A stretch of DNA of 64,000 nt from Candidatus Parcubacteria bacterium (GTDB lineage: Bacteria; Patescibacteriota; Patescibacteriia; Patescibacteriales; UBA12075), in NCBI GenBank assembly GCA_963814275.1, contig CAWFCE010000002.1:42537-106536 (forward strand), given 5' to 3'. Below the pieces are notes generated by a model that ran no database searches, was not told the DNA's origin, and worked only from the letters and a program-made list of their open reading frames with translations. Of the stretch, positions 37,264 to 45,692 are shown piece by piece (the stretch's first letter is position 1; the number at the start of each line of letters is the position of its first letter). Position numbers and translations under genes: made by a program.

Positions 37264-38700
37264 TCAATTAATGTTTTTCTCTAATAAAAACTTTTCGATA
37301 GATTTTTTCCATTCTTGAAGATGTTCAATCGAATTGTTGTCAAAATGATTTTTAAATGTTTCATAATTAGTATTCAAATCGCCTAATAATGATTGAATAT
37401 TTTTTTCTCTTATATCTTCAAATTCTTTTCTCTTTACCTCTAAATAATGTCTTAATGAAACATCTTTAGTCTCGGTGGTAGCAAATTCACGAGAAACCAA
37501 TCGACCATTAACCTTAAAGGTTGATTTTTTTACTCTTCCAAATACTGCCTGAAAATTCTCAATAAAATCTTTATATTCGCTTAGGTGTGCATTGCAGGTA
37601 CTGCAAGAACAAATTTTGTCTTTAAATATCTGATATTCAGAAATATTTAAAATTTCCAAAATAGTCAGCATCTCTTTATAACTAATTCTTTTATGGAGAG
37701 GGTATAAATAAAATTTTGGTACTGGCAAGCCACCGCCCACTGGAACTACTGGTCTTGATTCTCCATATTCAAGACCGTGACAAACACCATCTAATAAACC
37801 AACATCATTATTGCTTAGTAAGATAGAAAAATATGAGCCGTACAATGAATATATTTTTTTTGATGTCCTTGTTTTAATTTCATTCAGAAGTTTAATATAT
37901 ATATCAAGATTTTCTGAAATTTCTTCGTGCTCCACATAATTATCTATCCATAATAAAAAACCATCCGCATTACTATCTATGTATCTATCTATAATAGCTT
38001 TTTTGAGTTCGCTATCATCAAAATTTTCTCTTGCTTTTTCAATAAATTTTTTACTTAACACTATCTGACCATATACTGGCAAATCACGCTCTATTACTTT
38101 AGCTTTATTTATTAGTGCAACATTTTTTTCTACCCATTCAGTTTTGTCAATATAAAAATAAGGAGCTATCAAAAACTCGGGCTTACTTTTAAATTCAATA
38201 TCAAAATCTTCCTCTTTTTCATTTGCATAATCTATGTATTCTTTATATTGGTCTACTTTCTTTTCTACGGAAATGTTTTTTTGGTAATTCAATACATTTG
38301 CAGTAAAGGTTTCTATAAATTGCTCATCGACATCATCGGGATATAAGGGTTTTTTGGGAATTAGAATTTCTTTACCATTTTTATCTTCAATACACCCAGT
38401 AATTAAATTTTTTAATTCATCACCATATTGAATAATCAAATTTGATATAGATTTTTTAATCTTCTCATCATCAGACCCTAAAATAAAAGATTGATTATGT
38501 TGAAAGGCGTGAGTTATTGGGTCAATAATAAATGGTTGCTCTGTGGTACTTTTAACAATAAAAGAAGCAAGGGCAACAGGAGAAAAAGCAACCATATTTG
38601 CATTGATTACTATTTTGTCATAATTATTCTCCAAGCCATTACCAAAAAAATATTTTTGTTCTGCATTTGTGCCGTATCTTAATAAATGTTCACTTGCCAT
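37264..38700 (-). CDS. hypothetical 478-aa protein with TGT/DpdA-like hallmarks
   Basis: An alternating beta/alpha-like pattern is visible (FIIDPITHAFQ, LIAPYFYI, GFLLWIDN, IYSLYGSYF, LLDGVCHGLEYGESR), followed by CSCSTC...H. That CxCxxC...H arrangement is the TGT zinc-site layout. This is a hypothesis only. Confidence 0.6.
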   Translation of the reverse strand: MASEHLLRYGTNAEQKYFFGNGLENNYDKIVINANMVAFSPVALASFIVKSTTEQPFIIDPITHAFQHNQSFILGSDDEKIKKSISNLIIQYGDELKNLITGCIEDKNGKEILIPKKPLYPDDVDEQFIETFTANVLNYQKNISVEKKVDQYKEYIDYANEKEEDFDIEFKSKPEFLIAPYFYIDKTEWVEKNVALINKAKVIERDLPVYGQIVLSKKFIEKARENFDDSELKKAIIDRYIDSNADGFLLWIDNYVEHEEISENLDIYIKLLNEIKTRTSKKIYSLYGSYFSILLSNNDVGLLDGVCHGLEYGESRPVVPVGGGLPVPKFYLYPLHKRISYKEMLTILEILNISEYQIFKDKICSCSTCNAHLSEYKDFIENFQAVFGRVKKSTFKVNGRLVSREFATTETKDVSLRHYLEVKRKEFEDIREKNIQSLLGDLNTNYETFKNHFDNNSIEHLQEWKKSIEKFLLEKNIN

Positions 38701-38707
38701 ACCATTT

Positions 38708-39157
38708 TTATAATGAAAGTAATAATTGATAATTATTATTACTCAAAGAATATTCTAAATTACTAAACAAAATTTTTTTTGCTCTTTTAACAATAGTATT
38801 TTTTTGTGGCTTTATTTCCATGGAAACTTTCTGCGTTTGCATATCAAACAATATTAAGCCCAATTTATTTTCTTTAATTTCTTTATGTAATACTTCTTTA
38901 TATTCTTGTTTTGGTAAACATAGACACAAATATTCAGCACCAATAGAGTGGTTTCTAGCTTGTTTTATCCCCTTTCTCCAATCTTTCAATTTAAATTCAA
39001 TTGCATATAAATTCCCCTTTCTGTCTTTGTAGACGACATCTATACTATTGTCAAAAAAAGGAACTTCTACTGAAAATATTTTGTTGTTTTTAAAATAGGC
39101 TTTACAAAAATTTACTACCATTTCTCTTTCATCATAATGGTTAATATTTGTTTTCAT
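38708..39157 (-). CDS. small PD-(D/E)xK nuclease-fold protein
   Basis: SVEVPF...SIDVVYKD...LYAIEFKLKDWRKGIKQA gives an E...D...ExK...Q arrangement. Confidence 0.5.
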   Translation of the reverse strand: MKTNINHYDEREMVVNFCKAYFKNNKIFSVEVPFFDNSIDVVYKDRKGNLYAIEFKLKDWRKGIKQARNHSIGAEYLCLCLPKQEYKEVLHKEIKENKLGLILFDMQTQKVSMEIKPQKNTIVKRAKKILFSNLEYSLSNNNYQLLLSL

Positions 39158-39641
39158 ATTTATTCTTTAAACTACTCTTTAAAAAATATATAATAGCGGT
39201 GCCAAAGATGTTATAAATTAAAACAATAAAAAATAACACCACCAAAAAATACGAATGATTATTCAAAAAATCTTTTGCCTTGTCTGTTAAATTTGCAACT
39301 ACCAATACAACCCCAAGTAGAAAGAAAATAAGATTTAAACCAAAATAAAATCTATAAATAAACCTACACCTTAAGAGATGTTTTTCAAATACATTGTTAT
39401 TATCAGTACTTTCACAAATTTCTGAAAGATACTTATCTAGGTCATCACCTCCAAATTTAGAAACATTAATAGAAATTATCTTTTTTAAGTCTTCAATTTT
39501 TCGTGAACGTATGAGTTTATGTACTTTTTCAAAAAAATCATCAGTATCTTTCATCTTTAAATCAAAAACACCTAACAATGATATTATAAAAGATAAAGCT
39601 GGGGCAAACAAAATAAGCAATGCTGAATATAATGGCTGCAT
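39141..39641 (-). CDS. three-TM membrane protein
   Basis: One N-terminal TM segment (LLILFAPALSFIISLLGVF), a soluble insert of about 70 aa, and two C-terminal TM segments. It overlaps the downstream gene by 17 nt. Confidence 0.6.
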   Translation of the reverse strand: MQPLYSALLILFAPALSFIISLLGVFDLKMKDTDDFFEKVHKLIRSRKIEDLKKIISINVSKFGGDDLDKYLSEICESTDNNNVFEKHLLRCRFIYRFYFGLNLIFFLLGVVLVVANLTDKAKDFLNNHSYFLVVLFFIVLIYNIFGTAIIYFLKSSLKNKYENKY

Positions 39642-39652
39642 AAATGTAGGTA

Positions 39653-40237
39653 TTAACAGGATTTCACCTTGCTTTTAATTATACTTTTTTCAGTATAATC
39701 CGGGTATTTACTGTAAACATAATTAATTATTTCATTAAGATTAATCTGATTAAATCTTTTTTTAAGTTCAGTAATTATATTAATTTGATTTTCAGTTACT
39801 ATCGGAATAATCTTTTCTTTCATATAATTTAACCCAAGTGAAGTTAAGCTATATTTATATTCAATATATTCATCCTCGGAGGATTCGCCTAATGAAGAAT
39901 CATCTATGAGTGCAGTATATTCATCAGCCTCTTCAAAGGCTAATGAATTTTTGTTCTCATCATACTTGATAAAATGTATTTTTATAAAAAATTCTAAATC
40001 CTCTAGAACCTCTTTAGACATTGGCCCGAATTTCCACGCAAAAAATTCAGGTAAGTCATCTTTATCTAATATTGACTTATCTTTTTTAAATAAGCCATAA
40101 CATTCTTTCTCAAATACAAAAACCATTTTTGTTAATCTGGTTCGTCCCGCAATAGGTTCATTTATTTCTTTCGCCCTACCGGGAGTATATAACATTAATA
40201 ACAATAAATCACTAGATTTTAGTTTACTTTTAGCCAT
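39653..40237 (-). CDS. Panacea/DUF4065 (SocA-like) domain protein
   Basis: TRLTKMVFVFEKE... and FAWKFGPMSKEVLEDL match the remembered DUF4065 signature (kLqKLlY...W.yGPv...vy). Confidence 0.5.
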   Translation of the reverse strand: MAKSKLKSSDLLLLMLYTPGRAKEINEPIAGRTRLTKMVFVFEKECYGLFKKDKSILDKDDLPEFFAWKFGPMSKEVLEDLEFFIKIHFIKYDENKNSLAFEEADEYTALIDDSSLGESSEDEYIEYKYSLTSLGLNYMKEKIIPIVTENQINIITELKKRFNQINLNEIINYVYSKYPDYTEKSIIKSKVKSC

Positions 40238-40316
40238 TTTATTATATATTATCTCACTCTTTTGTTTTATAATTATATCATATTTAGCGCTATTATAGCA
40301 ACATTTTAATTATCAG

Positions 40317-40336
40317 ACCTAAAATGTATTTTAGGT
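40317..40336. promoter_or_regulatory. 20-bp palindrome ACCTAAAATGTATTTTAGGT (operator-like), copy 2
   Basis: Identical to 36031-36050. It lies about 80 bp upstream of the Panacea-like gene start. Confidence 0.55.
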
Positions 40337-40348
40337 ATTATCCAATAA

Positions 40349-40762
40349 TCACAGGTTAATTCTCTTTAAAAAGGTATTTTCGCCAGATTTTTCTAAAATT
40401 TTCAACTCTCTTATTACGGTTTTAAAATAATTCGTATTTTGATTATCAATTTTTACTATATCCCAACTTTTTTCACCTTTCATATGTAGGTTTACAAAAT
40501 TTCGTCTAACTTCGATATATAAAAAGATAAAACGTTTCATTAAAGATATTTTCTTTTGTGAAATTTGTATTGTTAAACCCTTGTGCTTCTGGCATTCATT
40601 AATAAAAACTTTAACTTCCTTTTTTATTGTTTCATTCTTAGATTTATTCAGGTGATACCCTAATGAATATATGCGGCTAGGTAAATGCTCAGGCGGTTTT
40701 TTAATAATCCCATTATTGTCATAAAAATTACTCGAGGCATTTGAATAATCCCTAGTAAGCAT
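40349..40762 (-). CDS. hypothetical 137-aa protein at the right island end (possible recombinase C-terminal extension or RDF)
   Basis: ORF with island-like composition. It is in the same codon phase as the recombinase when the island ends are joined (see findings). Confidence 0.5.
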   Translation of the reverse strand: MLTRDYSNASSNFYDNNGIIKKPPEHLPSRIYSLGYHLNKSKNETIKKEVKVFINECQKHKGLTIQISQKKISLMKRFIFLYIEVRRNFVNLHMKGEKSWDIVKIDNQNTNYFKTVIRELKILEKSGENTFLKRINL

Positions 40763-40788
40763 CTTGCAATCAAACTTTATTTCAATAT

Positions 40789-40813
40789 TTTTTGAGTGGC
40801 AACCTACTCGTTG
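40789..40813. repeat. right junction (attR-like): island half-site TTTTTGAGTGGCAA + core TCGTTG
   Basis: This is the inverted copy of 25182-25195, with a core identical to 25175-25180. Confidence 0.8.
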
Positions 40814-41661
40814 CCGCCATCGGCCGGATCCATAACTATCTCGTTGATCACCACCGCTCCCAGGCGGTAATACCTGGTGTCCGGTGAAGTGCTTTCCGGG
40901 ACTGCCGAGGGAAACGTTACGGCCGGTGTTTCCGAACCGGAATTATCTACCGATTCCATTCTGCATTCGGTATCACAGCCATCACCGGGCATTTTACCGC
41001 CGTCATCGCACTCCTCCCCGCTTTCGAGAACTCCATTGCCGCATAACGGTTCCGGCGATCCGCCTCCATCCTCCGCAAAATCACCGGGCGTCGGGATATC
41101 ACGGGCCGCGAAATCAGCGCCATTATCATCGGTATCGAGACCCAATATCTTCCGTTCGATGCTGGCATCAGCTGCGGGGCCGGGCGCCGGAAGCGCTTCG
41201 TAATCGTACGGTTCGCCATAACCGACCTTATCGACCAGTCGGTTTTCCGCGTCATATACCAATATCGTATTATTCGAAGAGATCGAGTAGCTCTCGCCCG
41301 AATAGGCCAGATCGGCGCCTAGTTCAATCGCATATTCCGGCGGAGTAATAATAAAAAAGCCATGGGCAGATATCGTCCCGCTGAATTTCGCGCTGCTTAC
41401 CAAATTGCTTTCGCTGCCGCTTTGGGTTTTTTTCTTTAACGTCCAGCCGGCCAGATCAAGCGGTTCGCTGCCACTATTGTATAACTCAATAAACTCCCGC
41501 TTGGCCGCCACAGCGCTGCCGGCCATTATTTCGTTGATCACCACACCGCCGGACGATGCCGCTGAACGGTTAATAGTACCTACAAAATAAAAAAATCCTG
41601 TTAGAGTCAAAAACAGGATCACTACGGCGCGGGACCGCCGCCCGCTTTTATTGTTGGCCAT
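40804..41661 (-). pseudogene. N-terminal portion of the interrupted LTD surface-protein gene
   Basis: It has a signal/TM anchor, an LTD (VVINEIMAGS...EFIELYNSG), and a Cys-rich CGNGVLESGEECDDGG...GDGCDTEC repeat. It then ends in ...VVINEIVMDPADGGNE followed by a TAG supplied by island DNA. Confidence 0.85.
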
Positions 41662-41733
41662 ATACAGACAATTAATTATAATTGCCTGTATTATAGATCA
41701 TTTATTTAATGAGAAAATAAAGAAAAAATAAAA

Positions 41734-42330
41734 TTACCCGATTTTTTTCACCAGTCCTTTGAAAGCCGGGAGCTGGAACATCTGGATGCGCTTATAGAGC
41801 GGGTCGCCTTTTTCGATATCGCCCCGTTTCAGGTGGTCATAAAGCCCGAATGACGTGGTCTGGAAGATCATCACCCGGTTGTCGGAGGCCGCGTCCTGGT
41901 CCACCTCCATGAACACATCGCGCCACTCCAGTTTGCCGTTTTCGTATTCGTCATACCGCAGATCGATCAATTTCTTCCAGATATGGACAAATTTGCCGGG
42001 AATGCCGATTTCCCTCAAGTAGGCTAGAAAATGGGGAGTTACCTGTCCGCGCAGGGCCTTTAAATAATTTTTCCGGTCGCCGTCATCGCATTCGACTATT
42101 TCCTGGTCCAATATCATCATCAGCATAATGTGATTAGTGGCTACCATTTCGTTGAAATAACGGTCCTGCTCCACTTTGTTGACGTTACTGAACCTGAGCA
42201 TTTCCCTGACATCCTTGTCCTGATACAGCGCGAAAGCCTGTTTGGCGCCCGCCATCACGAGCGATTGGCACCTGTATTTGATCCGCTTGGGTATGGTGTT
42301 GTATTTGAAAAATTTCAGCCAATGAAACAT
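41734..42330 (-). CDS. hypothetical protein (198 aa)
   Basis: Host-like composition. No motif recognised. Confidence 0.6.
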   Translation of the reverse strand: MFHWLKFFKYNTIPKRIKYRCQSLVMAGAKQAFALYQDKDVREMLRFSNVNKVEQDRYFNEMVATNHIMLMMILDQEIVECDDGDRKNYLKALRGQVTPHFLAYLREIGIPGKFVHIWKKLIDLRYDEYENGKLEWRDVFMEVDQDAASDNRVMIFQTTSFGLYDHLKRGDIEKGDPLYKRIQMFQLPAFKGLVKKIG

Positions 42331-42706
42331 TTATTGATCACTATTTAAAATAATATTAAAATTTGGCTCTCGGATAATCTTCTGGATTAAAATCCGGGTT
42401 CTGTCCGCTGTTTCAGCCTTTAAAAACCCTAAATACTAATTTATAAATCCCAAACAAATCCCAATTACCGAAATTATAGATTCAAAACCCGACCGGATTC
42501 ACCGTTAAGCCGTAGCGTAGCGCTGGGTTTGAATTTTTGACATTGGAGATTTGAATTTGTTTAGCCTGCCTGCCGCCAGGCAGGAATTTAGAGTTTAGGG
42601 CTTAGAATTTAAAAAATACATGATAAACAAAAACTGATCGGATACCACCAGCGGGATTATCAAAAGAGCCTAAAGTATACTATTTATAATTTACATTTTC
42701 CGTGTA

Positions 42707-45352
42707 TTACCGGCTATTAACGGCCGCTTCTTCTAGTTTTACCGACAGCAATTTCGACACCCCGTCATCGCCCATCGTAACGCCGTATAGGATGTTGGCC
42801 CGCCGCATCGAGGCGCGATTGTGGGTAATGACGATAAATTGCGTTTTATGCGACAATTCGTCAAGGATCTTCGCCAGACGCTCGGAATTGGCCTCGTCCA
42901 GGGCGGCATCAACTTCGTCCAGCACTACGAATGGCGATGGATTGGAACTGATAATCGCGCAAATGAGCGCGATCGCGGTCAGGGCGCGCTCGCCGCCCGA
43001 CAGCATGGTAATCGATTTTATCTTTTTGCCCGGAGGGGTGGCTTGGATCTCTATTCCGGCCAGTCCGGTGGCATTATGCTTCTGCAGGAATTTTATTTTT
43101 TTGAGGTCATTAAGGTTCGGCTGGTCCTCTTTCTTTTTGTTTTCCGTCTCGCCGTTCTCTGCCGCCTCCTCACCATCCTCGCCCAAAGCATCCATCACTT
43201 TGATTATCCTGGCCGCACCGCCGTTGAACAAGATCTTGAAATATTTTTCGAAGTTGGCGGCGATCGCTTTGAATTCCTTGTCGAATTGGTCTTTGATCAT
43301 GAGGTCCAGCTCTTTGATCACCTTTTGCAGGGAATCGACAGTCTTGGTGAAGTCATCCACCTGGCCGGTCAAAAAATCATAACGATCCTTGGTTTCGTTA
43401 TATTCGTTCTCGATCTGGGGATCGATGCCGCCGATCAATTCGAGCTGGTGCTTAAGGTTGCCGATCTCGCCGCGAATGGCGGCAGTATCGATTTCCTCAC
43501 CCTCGCCTTTTTCCCGTACTTCTTTGAGGCTTCCCAATTCCTGGCGGATCTCGACTTCCAGGTCCTCCAACTTGGTCTCGAAACGGGTGGAGTTTATTTT
43601 CAGGTCATTCAACTTATTATTAACCATATTCAGCTCTTGTTGCAAAGCTGAAAGCTCTTTCTGGAGGGAAAAAAGCCTGGCCCTGGCTTCCTCGTCTTTG
43701 GCTGCCGACTCATCGATCCGATTTTTGGTATTCCTGATCTTTTCATGGACTGCCGCCAATTTAGACTTGACATCTTCCTGCTCGGCGGTCATGGCGGCCA
43801 GATCGAATCCGCCCGACTGCTGGCTTAATTTACGCTCGATCAAGGCAATCTCGTTTTTAAGCCCTTCGCTTTTTTCGGTAAGCAGCTTGACCCGCTCGCT
43901 CCGGGCGGTGATGCGCAGGCTGTTTTCGTTAATTTGGATAAGCAGATTATCCTTATCCTCCGCCAGCCGTTTCATACTACCATGCAACTCCTGCCACTCG
44001 ACCGTCCCAACCCCGACCGGTCCGCCACTCTCTTCGGCGATCGTTATGAGTTCGCGCAAATCATGTTCGATTTCCCTGATAACCTCTTTGACCTTGCCGA
44101 TATCGTCATGGCCGTGTACCGCTTCCAGGCGGCTGACCACCTCTTTAAGGCGCTTGTGCAGATGGCGGGTGTCGGTTGCGTCTTCCCCGGCCTGGGTCAG
44201 TCGCTCATTCAGATCCCTTAATTCATTGTCGATCACTTTGAATTTGCCCTTAAGCTCAGCATCCTCTTTCCGGCAATCCTCGATCCGCACTTCTTGGGTC
44301 GAGAGCTCTTCGGCGATCGTTGTCCGCTCCTGGTCCAGGTTATTGCGCTTATTAACGAGATAAGATACGTCGAACTTGCCGCTTTGTTCGAGTTTCATCT
44401 CCGCCTGCGCTTCCATTTTGGCCAATTGGGCGGTCAATCCTTCTTTTTCCGCCTGTACGGCCGCCAGTTCCTCCTGCAGCCGGGCAAATTCCCCGGCACC
44501 CTCTCCGGCCTGTTCCAGCTTGCCGAGATCGCGGTTCAACTGTTCCAATTTCTTTTCTTTCAGGAACTTGGTCTTTTCCAGTTCAAGGAATTCACTGTTA
44601 TAGCGGCTGAATTCACCGTTTATCTCATGCCATTGGCGGCGGTAGTATTTCAGCTGGATATTCCTTAGTTCCCCCTCGATCTCGCCGCGCCGCTTCAGGC
44701 GGTTTACCTGGCGGGTCAGGCTTTTGATGCGCGGTTCGATCTCATTGATGAGCATTTGCGCCTGGATAAGGTTCTCATAGCTCGAACGGAGCTTGTTCAG
44801 CGAATCGTCGCGCTTGATCTGATACTGCTTGACGCCGGTCGCTTCGTCGAAGAATTCCTTGCGCTCAGCCAAAGAGGTATTGAGAAAACCCTCGACCATG
44901 CCCTGGCCGATCACGCTATAGGTCTTCTGTCCGAATTTGGATTTGGCCAGAAGCATCTGGATATCGGACAGGCGTACGCGGTTTGAGTTGAGGAGGTACT
45001 CGCTTTCCCCGCTCCGGTACAACCGCCGCGTGATCACGATCTCGCTGTAATCGACCGGCGCCTGTTTATCCTCATTGTTGAGGTGCATCGACACCTCGGA
45101 CATACCCAGCTTGCCTTTCCGCTCGGTGCCGGAAAAGATCACATCCTCGCTCTTCTTGCCCCTGAGGGTTTTCATGCTCTGTTCGCCCAGCGCCCAGCGG
45201 ACGGCATCGGCCACGTTCGATTTGCCGCTGCCGTTCGGGCCGACCACGGCGGTAATCCCGCGCCGGCTCTTGTCGAGCATGCCCGGGAAGGTCAGGATGT
45301 TCCGGTTAGCGAATGATTTGAATCCCTGGATTTCCAATTTTTGCAAATACAT
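42707..45352 (-). CDS. smc: SMC-family chromosome partition ATPase, short form without recognisable hinge
   Basis: The N-terminal head is LEIQGFKSF...GPNGSGKSN. The C-terminal head is LSGGERALTAIAL...VLDEVDAALD...FIVITHN. At 881 aa, the middle is continuous coiled-coil-like sequence. Confidence 0.85.
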   Translation of the reverse strand: MYLQKLEIQGFKSFANRNILTFPGMLDKSRRGITAVVGPNGSGKSNVADAVRWALGEQSMKTLRGKKSEDVIFSGTERKGKLGMSEVSMHLNNEDKQAPVDYSEIVITRRLYRSGESEYLLNSNRVRLSDIQMLLAKSKFGQKTYSVIGQGMVEGFLNTSLAERKEFFDEATGVKQYQIKRDDSLNKLRSSYENLIQAQMLINEIEPRIKSLTRQVNRLKRRGEIEGELRNIQLKYYRRQWHEINGEFSRYNSEFLELEKTKFLKEKKLEQLNRDLGKLEQAGEGAGEFARLQEELAAVQAEKEGLTAQLAKMEAQAEMKLEQSGKFDVSYLVNKRNNLDQERTTIAEELSTQEVRIEDCRKEDAELKGKFKVIDNELRDLNERLTQAGEDATDTRHLHKRLKEVVSRLEAVHGHDDIGKVKEVIREIEHDLRELITIAEESGGPVGVGTVEWQELHGSMKRLAEDKDNLLIQINENSLRITARSERVKLLTEKSEGLKNEIALIERKLSQQSGGFDLAAMTAEQEDVKSKLAAVHEKIRNTKNRIDESAAKDEEARARLFSLQKELSALQQELNMVNNKLNDLKINSTRFETKLEDLEVEIRQELGSLKEVREKGEGEEIDTAAIRGEIGNLKHQLELIGGIDPQIENEYNETKDRYDFLTGQVDDFTKTVDSLQKVIKELDLMIKDQFDKEFKAIAANFEKYFKILFNGGAARIIKVMDALGEDGEEAAENGETENKKKEDQPNLNDLKKIKFLQKHNATGLAGIEIQATPPGKKIKSITMLSGGERALTAIALICAIISSNPSPFVVLDEVDAALDEANSERLAKILDELSHKTQFIVITHNRASMRRANILYGVTMGDDGVSKLLSVKLEEAAVNSR

Positions 45353-45635
45353 ATTTTAGTAAACAGTAAATAGTAAACAGCCAGCCTACCGGCAGGCAGG
45401 TAAACAGAATTTAAACAAATCGTTTTATATATATTAGTTGTGTAATTTTCTTCTGCTTGCTGAAAATGAATTAATTTTGAAATTAATAATAAATTTTATC
45501 GGCGTGAAATCCGCGTAGCCATCTGCGTAATATCCGCGGATAAATAATTGTGTATAAAATAAACACTTATATTACAATAAAAAGAAGGAAAGAAAACATT
45601 TTCTATTCCAATATTATTATACAATATTTTGCTAA

Positions 45636-45668
45636 AATAAAAAAGCCGGGAAGCTTGGAGGCTTCCCG
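45636..45668 (-). terminator. intrinsic terminator downstream of the phoH-like gene
   Basis: The stem cgggaagc/gcttcccg with loop ttggag is followed on the minus strand by UUUUUU. Confidence 0.7.
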
Positions 45669-45692
45669 ACGGCAGTTTAAAAAAATTTTGGC

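Larger units (their letters stand above)
25181..40813. mobile_element. integrative island of about 15.6 kb (large-serine-recombinase type) carrying R-M, nuclease and unknown operons
   Basis: It interrupts one reading frame. TCGTTG is present at both junctions (25175-25180, 40808-40813). Terminal inverted repeats match 13 of 14 positions. A recombinase gene sits at the left end. The interior is visibly far more AT-rich than the flanks. Confidence 0.88.
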
